Positions 54,216-64,000 of a stretch of 64,000 nt of DNA are shown here, piece by piece. The translations under genes and the position numbers were made by a program. Each line of letters starts with the position of its first letter. Positions within the stretch are counted from its first letter, which is position 1. This DNA is from Eledone cirrhosa (Eukaryota): assembly GCA_964016885.1 (NCBI GenBank), contig OZ024743.1, positions 203,236,001 to 203,300,000 on the forward strand, read 5' to 3'. The notes below the pieces were generated by a model. That model had not been told where the DNA came from and ran no database searches. It was given only the letters and a program-made list of their open reading frames with translations.

Positions 54216-54824
54216 CCTTTGCCTTAATGATAATAAATAAAAAAAAGAGCATTGAGATAATGAACTCTATACTGAAGAATTAGATTTCTACAATACATTA
54301 ACACGATATCCAATTCACACGTGCAATATAAAGAGAAGTATTATCGCTGGGGGGAAAATAAGGAACAGCCGATGAAAATATAACTGCTATAACTCTTGCA
54401 AGTGTACGGAGATTAATAATAGACGAGAACAAGGTCAAAATAATTGAATTAGAAACTTTCTTGAAAGAATACACCCTGGCAATAAAACAAAACAATCAAC
54501 CAGGCATAGAAAGAAGTCTCACGCAATAGTGAACGCATCACATACCAAACTTATACGAAATTGAAAAGTACACAAAGGAACAAACCAGAGTGAGTTATTA
54601 ATATATTTGACCTCACAAAATACATTGAAAATACTGCAAAAACAAACACAAAGGGTATTACAACATATCGAAAACATGCAATTCGAATCGACGATGATGA
54701 CCACGCAGGAACCTATGGAAAACTTCAAACAATTACAGAGTAACAACAATATACTTTGAAACCCACTGGCAAAATTACCCAACCGTCCAAGATTCTCACA
54801 AACATATAATTCACCGAAAGAATA

Positions 54825-54859
<35 letters not shown>

Positions 54860-54863
<4 letters not shown>

Positions 54864-55750
54864 CGAAACATAAGTCAATTGCATGAACTCATAATCCTTT
54901 ATTTACTGCTATATATATTTCGATGATAACCATTGAATGGCTATGACCTCATCAGGCAGTTAGTCAGTTCTTAGATATGCCAGCTCTGTGTTTATAGTGT
55001 TGATGGTATCAGAGCCTTGGGATATATGAGCTTGTTAGGAATAATTTAATGTTGTCAGCAGGAATAGTCTTAATTCTCATTGGTCAGTTTGTAGATGCTA
55101 GTAGGGTTGGTATTTGACCTCAAAGTGGCAGGTGGTGGTGTAAAGTTCAATAGTTCCATATGACTGATTTTCACAAAAAGCATTCCTGGTCAGATATATA
55201 TTCAATTAAGTTTAATAGTATGAAATAGATACTACAGTTCATTCTTAAATTGAGGAATTTTTGTGGAGAGGTGCTACTGAAAATTATGGTTAGAGTAGAA
55301 AATTTACAAATAAAAGACTTATGTAGGTTGGCTTGCACATACACTCAAACCCACCTCCACAGACACACACACACATCAACACATACAAATTGAAGAATTA
55401 GTGTGGGGTGGTAATACTTAAAATAATGGTTAGAGTCAAATACTTAGATAGTTTAGAAAGTTTAGAAATAAAAAGACTTAGGTTGGTTGACTTGTACATA
55501 CACTCACACCTACCCTCTCAGACACACACACATCTACACACACAAATCCATACAGGTGTATATATACATACAACAGAGGCCCCCAAATCTAAGTATAAGG
55601 CAGACATAAAACTAGGTGGGTGTTATTTTTAAAGAAAAGTGGGGGTTTGGAAAAGTTATTGTTTAGACTAGACAAAGGTAGAGTGTGATATATATCTTCA
55701 CAGCAATATATATATATATATATTGCTGTGAAGATATATATCACACTCTA
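54860..55750 (-). mobile_element. PLE-type 3' region with HHR and 5' foldback
   Basis: HHR at 54906 followed by AATAAA and (TA)n; palindrome TAGAGTGTGATATATATCTTCACAGCAA-(TA)n-TTGCTGTGAAGATATATATCACACTCTA at 55679-55750. Confidence 0.65.
54906..54959 (-). ncRNA. Type I hammerhead ribozyme, apparently intact
   Basis: CTGC-CTGATGA-[GGT C ATAGCCAT TCA ATGGTTAT C ATC]-GAAA-TATATA-TA-GCAG. Confidence 0.85.
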
Positions 55751-56071
<321 letters not shown>

Positions 56072-56072
56072 A

Positions 56073-56693
56073 GAATGAAACGAAATTTCATTTCTCACTC
56101 TTAGTACGGCACTTACTTAAATGTAAGTATGTATATATACGTACATACATATATGTATACAGACGTGCATATATGTATGTGTGCCTGTATGTATATATAT
56201 ACATGCTACTGTATGTCTGTATACATATATGTATGTACGTATACATACATACTTACATTTAAGTAAGTGCCGTACTAAGAGTGAGAAATCAAATTTCGTT
56301 TCATTGTATTCCATTTATCGTTTTCGGTGCGCCTGGCCGACTGAACTCACACGATATGCAAATTAGGCTGCTCAGCCGTTAATTTTCATAAGGAAAGTAT
56401 ATACTTTCGGACGTTCAACCATCTGGCAGAAAGGTATACGGTGCTGACGATAGCTAATAAGCTTGAAACTAGTACATCGTTCCTGTGTCAGTGTTGAACA
56501 AAAAGATGAGGTGGTTGCCTAAACACTGTACGGCGTAATTCAGGCTGTTTGTTTGTTTACAAGCGAACAAACCGAGCATTATAATAAATGTTCGGTAAAC
56601 TGATACGTGCATATATGTATGTGTGCCTGTATGTATATATATACATGCTACTGTACGTCTGTATACATATATGTATGTACGTATACATACATA

Positions 56694-56697
<4 letters not shown>
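56073..56697 (+). mobile_element. Retrozyme-like ORF-less element: 442-nt unit, ~93-nt direct terminal redundancy, 5' foldback
   Basis: 56163-56255 repeats at 56605-56697; 56073-56164 is the reverse complement of ~56215-56305; HHR inside; (TA)n on both sides. Confidence 0.78.
56438..56480 (+). ncRNA. Type I hammerhead ribozyme, apparently intact
   Basis: ACGGTG-CTGACGA-T[AGCT AATA AGCT]T-GAAA-CTAG-TA-CATCGT; predicted cleavage after GUA at 56474. Confidence 0.85.
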
Positions 56698-56785
<88 letters not shown>

Positions 56786-56787
56786 CG

Positions 56788-56833
<46 letters not shown>

Positions 56834-56842
<9 letters not shown>

Positions 56843-58113
56843 GATCGAGTATCGAAAAATCGGCGCACGAGTTCACGATAAACGAAATTCGATATGAGCG
56901 GCAGAGGGCTCAATAATTCAGATGAATCAGAGCTATAACTATCGTTAAAATACCGTCACATATAGAACAAGTCTACAATCAACCATACGATTTAAAATCG
57001 ATAGAGGAAGATTCGGGCCAAACAGATAAAAAATATCAATAAAACAATACGTCAATAATTTAAATGAATGTAAAATCATACCCGGACCCACTAGACAGGT
57101 GTTAAATCTAGCTTCATGGGTTTCTGTAAATCCTTAGACTGTACTCTATCATCTCACATATAAATATAAAAGCCTACTAGAGCAAGTGGAACGGAGGTTT
57201 ACTTTATCAACGAGTTTTTTCCTGGCGGCAGAGGAGCCAACTACCAGTGAAAAACGCACATGGCATTAGACAAGGGAGATGACCCCTATATCCGCGAAAA
57301 CAATTCGAGTGAATGTGGAAATACACATATCGAATTAGAGTGCTCAATAGACATGTTAAAATAAAACAAAAGCTATTCATCACTCAATAGAATCGACAAA
57401 AAATGAGCAATAAAATTAACTGGTGGATAGCTATGTCCAGAGCTAAATATATTAGAAAGATCGAGTATCGAAAAATCGGCGCACGAGTTCACGATAAACG
57501 AAATTCGATATGAGCGGCAGAGGGCTCAATAATTCAGATGAATCAGAGCTATAACTATCGTTAAAATACCGTCACATATAGAACAAGTCTACAATCAACC
57601 ATACGATTTAAAATCGATAGAGGAAGATTCGGGCCAAACAGATAAAAAATATCAATAAAACAATACGTCAATAATTTAAATGAATGTAAAATCATACCCG
57701 GACCCACTAGACAGGTGTTAAATCTAGCTTCATGGGTTTCTGTAAATCCTTAGACTGTACTCTATCAGCTCACATATAAATATAAAAGCCTACTAGAGCA
57801 AGTGGAACGGAGGTTTACTTTATCAACGAGATTTTTCCTGGCGGCAGAGGAGCCAACTACCAGTGAAAAACGCACATGGCATTAGACAAGGGAGATGACC
57901 CCTATATCCGCGAAAACAATTCGAGTGAATGTGGAAATACACATATCGAATTAGAGTGCTCAATAGACATGTTAAAATAAAACAAAAGCTATTCATCACT
58001 CAATAGAATCGACAAAAAATGAGCAATAAAATTAACTGGTGGATAGCTATGTCCAGAGCTAAATATATTAGAAAGATCGAGTATCGAAAAATCGGCGCAC
58101 GAGTTCACGATAA
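56834..58113 (-). repeat. Tandem array: two 616-bp units plus a ~46-bp partial unit between (TA)n tracts
   Basis: TTAGAAAGATCGAG starts at 56836, 57452 and 58068; I spotted only two substitutions between units. Confidence 0.93.
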
Positions 58114-58146
<33 letters not shown>

Positions 58147-58512
58147 ACTGTAGCATCATTATTTATATTGTTATATATATATTTCAAGGATGCTAAATCA
58201 TAGCCTGCCTTCTTCAGACAAAATACAATATTAGATGTATAAAATGTTATGTGACATATTCGTAAATGAGACCGCATGCAACTAATTCAAATTTGTGATT
58301 CCAAATCTCAAAATTTCAAAGTTCCTAGGATGTAAAGATATTGGGACATATAAAAATAAAAATTAAAATAAACAAAAAAAATAAATGATAAGGATAATTG
58401 AATTAGACGCTTCATTTTGTTTTTTAAAATAGCGTAATTAGATTGGGCAGAAAAACCCGTTAAATGCTTATATCTTATTACTAAGAGGGTATATATATAT
58501 ATATATATATAT

Positions 58513-58760
58513 GTATTGCTATACTTTGGGAAGGTAAGGCGGCCAATAAAAATACACGCATCTATTGATTTTCACTTCAATTTATCATAACTTTCCGGTT
58601 GGTTTGTTGGTTGGTTGGTTCGATAACCAGATGGTCGTTTATATATTGTCAAAGCCATTTCGTCACACATTCTGTGACGTCCTCACTGACTGTTTTTTTT
58701 TATTTTGTGACTCTCCTTGGTGTATAACAGAACAAAGGAAAGACACAAAATAAATAAATA
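58513..58760 (-). mobile_element. Family B terminal repeat with degenerate HHR
   Basis: GTCA-GTGAGGA-C[GTCACA GAATG TGTGAC]-GAAA-TGGC-TT-TGAC at 58648-58690 (-). Confidence 0.75.
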
Positions 58761-58770
58761 CATATATATA

Positions 58771-58963
58771 ACGAAGAAGTGTGGTAAGGAACCGGGTGGA
58801 CCATAACGCACCGGAGTACTCGGTACTTAGGGTAGTAGAGTAGGTAATAGGAAAAGAGTCAGGACCCGACGGCTGAGCTCAGGTCGAAGGTCTGAACTAA
58901 CTGTCGGAACTAGCTGTCGAATTGGCCGGAGCTCAGCCGTCGGGGTCCTGATTCTTTTCCTAT
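58771..58963 (-). mobile_element. Family C terminal repeat with foldback
   Basis: ATAGGAAAAGAGTCAGGACCCGACGGCTGAGCTC / GAGCTCAGCCGTCGGGGTCCTGATTCTTTTCCTAT. Confidence 0.8.
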
Positions 58964-59043
58964 ATATATATATATGTATATATATATGTATATATATATG
59001 TATGTATATATATACGATGTATATATATATATGTATATATACA

Positions 59044-59098
<55 letters not shown>

Positions 59099-59101
59099 GT
59101 A

Positions 59102-60255
59102 TATATAAAAGTATATATATTTCGAAAACATCGAAAAACTTAAAGAATTTCACACCCTTATAAATGGGCTCAACACAAATATTAACTTCACGATGGAATA
59201 CAGCCATCAACAACTGCCCTTCCTCGACATCCTCATTAAGATCCATAACAAAAGAATAGAAACAGACATATACTACAAGCCCACAGACTCCAAGCAATAT
59301 CTCCCCTTCAACTCTTGCCACCCTAGACACGTTAAAATTAATATTCCCTACAACTTAGCCAAGAGAATCTGTACTATAGTCTCCAATAAAAATATCTGCT
59401 ACTTACGGCTACAAGAACTAAAGGACACACTCATAGGCAGGGACTACCCTGCATCACTAATTGACAATGGAATCCAACGTGCCCTAAAACTCAGTACCCA
59501 GGACCTTAGACACCCTAAAGTAAATCAACCGAAACTAAAAGCTCTTCCATACATCTCCACACACAACCCCCTCAACAATGAGGCCTTTGACACCATCCTC
59601 CAGAACATCCCTGTATTGAAAAAGGACCATAGAATGAACCAAATTCTACGAACACACGATATCATAAAGAGCAAAAGACAATCCAAGTCAATGAAAAACA
59701 TCTTAACACATGCCAAAGTACTGCCAACCACAACAACGAAACCCACAGTAAAAAAATGCGATAGACCCAACTATGGCATTTGCATCAACCTAATAGAGGG
59801 TTCGGAATTCTATTTCAAAGATGGACAACGTTTTATAGTAAAACACAATTTCACATGTGCATCGGAAAATCTAATATATGTATTAACTTGTTCAGGTTGT
59901 CGAGAACAATACATAGGCCAGACCAAAAACAGCCTCCGCCAACGCATGACTGTCCATAGATCCCAAATTAAAATACGGGAATACAGGAAAATACCACTGA
60001 GTGAACACATTGATACCTGTGCCGCCCAAAATCATCCCAACTTCAGAATCTTTCCCCTCTACAAATTTAAAGATAATGCCACCCACACCCAGCGCATCAG
60101 CAAGGAATCTTACTTCATTAACAAATACGGACCCCTAAGACGAACCCACAACATACACACGTCAACATACATACCTACATCAGCACACATCTCTACCCAC
60201 ATATAAACACAATGACACACGTAAACGCACATGCTCTATGGTGCAATACAAAAAA
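59102..60255 (+). mobile_element. 5'-truncated PLE (Neptune-like)
   Basis: Open RT-thumb/linker/GIY-YIG frame flanked by (TA)n. Confidence 0.9.
59121..60206 (+). CDS. PLE RT C-terminus plus Cys linker plus GIY-YIG endonuclease (frame open upstream of the ATG at 59193; truncated)
   Basis: [60 protein letters not shown]. Confidence 0.92.
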   Translation, partial: FENIEKLKEFHTLINGLNTNINFTMEYSHQQLPFLDILIKIHNKRIETDIYYKPTDSKQYLPFNSCHPRHVKINIPYNLAKRICTIVSNKNICYLRLQELKDTLIGRDYPASLIDNGIQRALKLSTQDLRHPKVNQPKLKALPYISTHNPLNNEAFDTILQNIPVLKKDHRMNQILRTHDIIKSKRQSKSMKNILTHAKVLPTTTTKPTVKKCDRPNYGICINLIEGSEFYFKDGQRFIVKHNFTCASENLIYVLTCSGCREQYIGQTKNSLRQRMTVHRSQIKIREYRKIPLSEHIDTCAAQNHPNFRIFPLYKFKDNATHTQRISKESYFINKYGPLRRTHNIHTSTYIPTSAHISTHI

Positions 60256-60280
60256 ATATATGTGCATATATATGTATGTA

Positions 60281-60357
<77 letters not shown>

Positions 60358-60501
60358 AATATATGTATGTGTATATATATATAGTGAATATCATTTCACA
60401 CCTTTTATTGTTAAGATTTTTGATGTTCTATTAAGAGAACCGATTTTACTGAAAAAATCGAATAACGTACACCATTTTACCAGGGGGAAAAAAATACTGG
60501 T

Positions 60502-60540
<39 letters not shown>

Positions 60541-60791
60541 CACAAACACATACACACGCGTACATCAACATACAAAGAGACTTATACACACACACACACA
60601 CACACGCACTTCTCCGTATAAGACAAAAGCTGAAAAATATCTTTTGACATGCTAACATACCCCCCATTGCTTTCAGACACATTCTTACTGACCATCGAAT
60701 TACTCTGCTATACACACACACACTTATCTTAATAGCCATTTGACACACATCGCTGCTGGCCATTGTCGCAGCCTCGAACACCTTACTACTA

Positions 60792-60859
<68 letters not shown>

Positions 60860-60902
60860 ACCAACACACACACATATTTGTTGTGAAAGAGTCATTTCTC
60901 AA

Positions 60903-61130
60903 TCTTGGCGCAAAACCAATTTTTTATCCACATGACCTCTACTGACCAATCAAAATTGTTTTGACCAAGAATTTTTGCTGGAGCCACTTTTTTAACATAA
61001 AAACAGTCTTGGAGCAAAATCAACTTTTTACATTCACATGACCTCTACCGATCAATCAAAATTGTTTTGACCACAAGCATTTTTGCAACACAAAAATAAC
61101 GCTGGAGCCACTTTTTTAACATAAAAACAG
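60903..61130. repeat. Two imperfect tandem copies of a ~105-120-bp unit
   Basis: CACATGACCTCTAC.GA.CAATCAAAATTGTTTTGACCA and GCTGGAGCCACTTTTTTAACATAAAAACAG each occur twice. Confidence 0.8.
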
Positions 61131-61152
61131 GTAGAATTCCCAAAACTAATCA

Positions 61153-61350
61153 GATCAGAGCAAACAGCACGGACACTCTATCTCAAAATTATTTTTGAAA
61201 AGCATTTAGAAATGCGCAACCGGTAAAAACTTAAAAACTTAAAACCACAACTGAATACTAACCCATACAATCACTAATACTCTTTTATTCCTAATTAAAC
61301 CATTTTTCAACTGTGAACAATTTGTCACCATTTTCTATTCCGTTTACCAA
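61153..61350 (+). mobile_element. Second copy of the 1749-1948 terminal repeat
   Basis: Nearly identical by eye, including the variant HHR; ends in (TA)n. Confidence 0.9.
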
Positions 61351-61360
61351 TATATATATA

Positions 61361-61477
61361 TATAGGAACCAGTAAGACCCCGGGGTCTTACTGGTTCCTA
61401 TTACCCACTCTACTACCCCAAGTATTGAGTACTTTGGTGCGTTATGGTCCACCTGGTTCCTTACCACATTTCCTTCG

Positions 61478-61480
<3 letters not shown>
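61361..61480 (+). mobile_element. Family C 3' tip with perfect 5' palindrome
   Basis: ATAGGAACCAGTAAGACCCC-GGGGTCTTACTGGTTCCTAT with no spacer, then the family C tail into (TA)n. Confidence 0.85.
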
Positions 61481-61526
<46 letters not shown>

Positions 61527-61579
61527 CATATATATATATATATTGATTCGATCTACATACTATTATGACTTAATGTTAG

Positions 61580-61766
61580 GGCGGTGGATTGGCAGTATCG
61601 GTAGAGAGTCGGAAGCCATGCTTTCCAGCATAGTTACGTCCCTTTATGATCTGAGTTCAAATCCCGCCGAGGTTGACTTTGCCTTTCATCCTTACGGGGT
61701 CGATAAAATAAAGTACCAGTATTGCACTGGGTAATTGCTGGCCTTGTGCCTAAAGTAGAAACAATT
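61580..61766 (+). mobile_element. Full-length young SINE with 18-bp TSD
   Basis: ATTATGACTTAATGTTAG at 61562-61579 and 61764-61781; A box, B box, core. Confidence 0.95.
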
Positions 61767-61806
61767 ATGACTTAATGTTAGAAATACTGTTAATAATCGC
61801 TTAAAG

Positions 61807-62264
61807 CAGGGGTTCCCAACCTCTTTGTCGTTATCGCCCACTTTTCCACACAAAAAAATTCCCATCGCCCACCAGTGCAATAATGTTAAGGACGCAAAAA
61901 TAAAGCATTATTCAGAACGGTTGCTTAAAAAATGAAATATTTATTGAGATGAAATATTGAAAAATGGGCATTCGGAGTTGAAACGTTATTCAGAAGAATG
62001 AAGTTTTTGATTGTTAAATGTTTCTCAATGAAACAAAATTGAAAAATGATACATGTATTAAATGTTCAACAAACTCACCATGTTTAGTTTTCAATGTGAT
62101 CCTTCAGGCCATTATATGATCAATAACATACTTAATTACCGAAAATCCTTTGTCGCCCACCAAAATTTTAGATCGCCCACCATTTCCTAAAAATTCGTTC
62201 ATCACCCACCCGATAGTTGAAATCGCCCACTGGTGGGCGATATCGCCCAGGCTGGGAAACCCTG
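61807..62264. mobile_element. hAT (Charlie-like) MITE
   Basis: TIR CAGGGGTTCCCAACCT / AGGCTGGGAAACCCTG, perfect 8-bp TSD GCTTAAAG, repeated subterminal TCGCCCAC motifs. Confidence 0.93.
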
Positions 62265-63072
62265 GCTTAAAGTATTGTAGCATATAAAATCATTAGTTGT
62301 TTTTTGGAAGCCACTACAACGCAATGGAAATATATGCCCGAGAGGTCGCTAACCTATTCATTTGATAATATATATCTTCTCCAAAATATAAGTGACTATT
62401 AAATATTTCCTAGTTGATAGTCCAATTCTTTTTTCTTCTTATTTTTGTTGATAATTCATCTCTTTCTCTCTTTCTTACATCTTTATCTGTCATTTTTACC
62501 TAAATATTTATAGCTGCATTTGCATTGCAACAGCTTCCTAAAACCATCTCATTTGTTGACACTTAATAATATTAATTATTCCCTAGTGTAATTAAATCTT
62601 GATTTGTTACTATGTAATGAGAGAAAAGTGAAGGCGCCATCTACCACTTATAAGACTGAGATATTATTTACATTAATACATGTTTTCTTGTGAAATATGA
62701 AGAAAATATATCTCAAAATAATTTAAAGTATCATCAACGCAAACAATTTGTGGTATTTAAAATCAAAAGCCATAAATATGTAAGATATTGGACATAAAAT
62801 GTTCAGATATTTAGAAACTTATATTGCTCGCTAAACATTATAAGTATATTAAGTTTCTCATATTTTACAGTTAAATGTGGTTAATATAAGGAATCACATA
62901 TCGGGATAATAAACTCCAAGAATTATGTATTGTACCATATATATCATATATATTACAACATGTTCATTTTTTATATCTTATTGTAAAATTACATAAATAA
63001 TATGAATGTTATAACTAACTTTACACCTCTCACATATTTAGAATCTTACAATTTATCATTACAGATATTCAG

Positions 63073-63270
63073 GGGCGGTCGAATGGCAGTATCGGCATAA
63101 TGGTAGAGGGTCGGATGCCATGCTTTGATGCATAGAGTTACGGCTCTTGCCATTCTGAGTTCAAATCCCACCGAGGTTAACTTTGCCTTTCATCCTTACA
63201 GGGTCGATAAAATAAAGTACCAGTAATGCACTGGATAATTGCTGGCCTTGTGCCAAAAGTAGAAACAATT
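63073..63270 (+). mobile_element. Full-length SINE with TSD
   Basis: ATTA(C/T)AGATATTC on both sides. Confidence 0.9.
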
Positions 63271-63695
63271 ATAGATATTCCGAATTTTATATTTTTCAGC
63301 GTCATAAAAACATAGAACTTTATATTTAATATTAAATATCATAAATAATTAGAATCATATATTAACTATTCTAGTCATAAGTATTTATAATTTTATAGTT
63401 ATTATCCTTAAATATTTATTATCCTTAAATAGTTATTATCCTTTTATAGTTATTATCCTTAAAGGTCGTAAATATTTAAGATATATCTGTTAATACATTT
63501 ATATTAGGACTATGGTATAGAGACATATTATAAAACTAACATGTAAGTGGTCATTATTGTGGGTGATTTTGCAGCCGAAAAAAGAGATGTAAGTTAAACA
63601 CCGAACGTTTCCTGGTTTAAAATATGTCACAACTTCACTCTTGGTGAAATGCTCACGTATTTGTGTATGTGTGTTTATTATTTATGAAAGTGTGG

Positions 63696-64000
63696 GGGCG
63701 GTAGACCGTCGAATAACATACATTGCGGCATATAGTTACGGCGTTTTATATTCTGAGTTCAAAACTCGCCGATGTTAACATTGCTTTTCATTTTTACGGG
63801 GTCTATAAAATTACCAGTAACTCACTAAGTTTGATTTAATCGACTTTGCCCTCCCCTTCAAATTGCTGGCCTTGTCCCAACAATTAAAGCCATACGTGCG
63901 ATGGATTGGCAATATCGGTACAGCGTTGGACACGTTGCTTCGTGACATAAAGGTACGGATTTTTACGTTCTAATTTCAAATCCCACCGAGGTTAACTTTG
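63696..64000 (+). mobile_element. Two tandem diverged SINEs (second runs off the window)
   Basis: Heads at ~63696 and ~63897, B-box-like motifs and core. Confidence 0.8.

Noticed and set aside
54298-54830. A-rich coding-like stretch
   Set aside because: Stops in the frames I translated and no motif I can assign; possibly an old LINE relic.
56834-58113. CRISPR array or twister ribozyme in the tandem unit
   Set aside because: No short repeat-unique spacer pattern; GCAGAGGG...TAA lacks the complementary pairings needed for twister.
61580-61670. tRNA gene call from A and B boxes
   Set aside because: These are SINE heads: no cloverleaf or acceptor stem, always followed by the SINE core.

Overview
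Repeat-dense, AT-rich eukaryotic non-coding window, probably intergenic or intronic. The tRNA-derived SINE family and the extreme (TA)n/(CA)n load suggest a cephalopod such as Octopus (inference). I can support no host protein-coding gene; almost all ORFs in the track are microsatellite translations. Real coding signal comes only from decayed retroelements: five Penelope-like element (PLE) fragments (RT and/or GIY-YIG), two tandem L1/Tx1-type LINEs, an R4/Dong-like N-terminal fragment and an Ingi/Vingi-like 3' end. There are also about 25 SINE copies, a hAT MITE, other TIR elements and a Helitron/Helentron-like repeat. The most striking structure is non-coding. Ten or more unrelated repeat families carry minimal type I hammerhead ribozyme (HHR) motifs; those at 33198, 54906 and 56438 look intact. 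Most of these families sit in (TA)n tracts and many are folded back into long palindromes. Several are ORF-less 250-620 nt units with terminal redundancy, as expected if tandem or circular RNA were reverse transcribed. Together this looks like a PLE-driven, TA-targeted retrozyme-like ecosystem. All folds, alignments and coordinates were done by eye and need computational confirmation.
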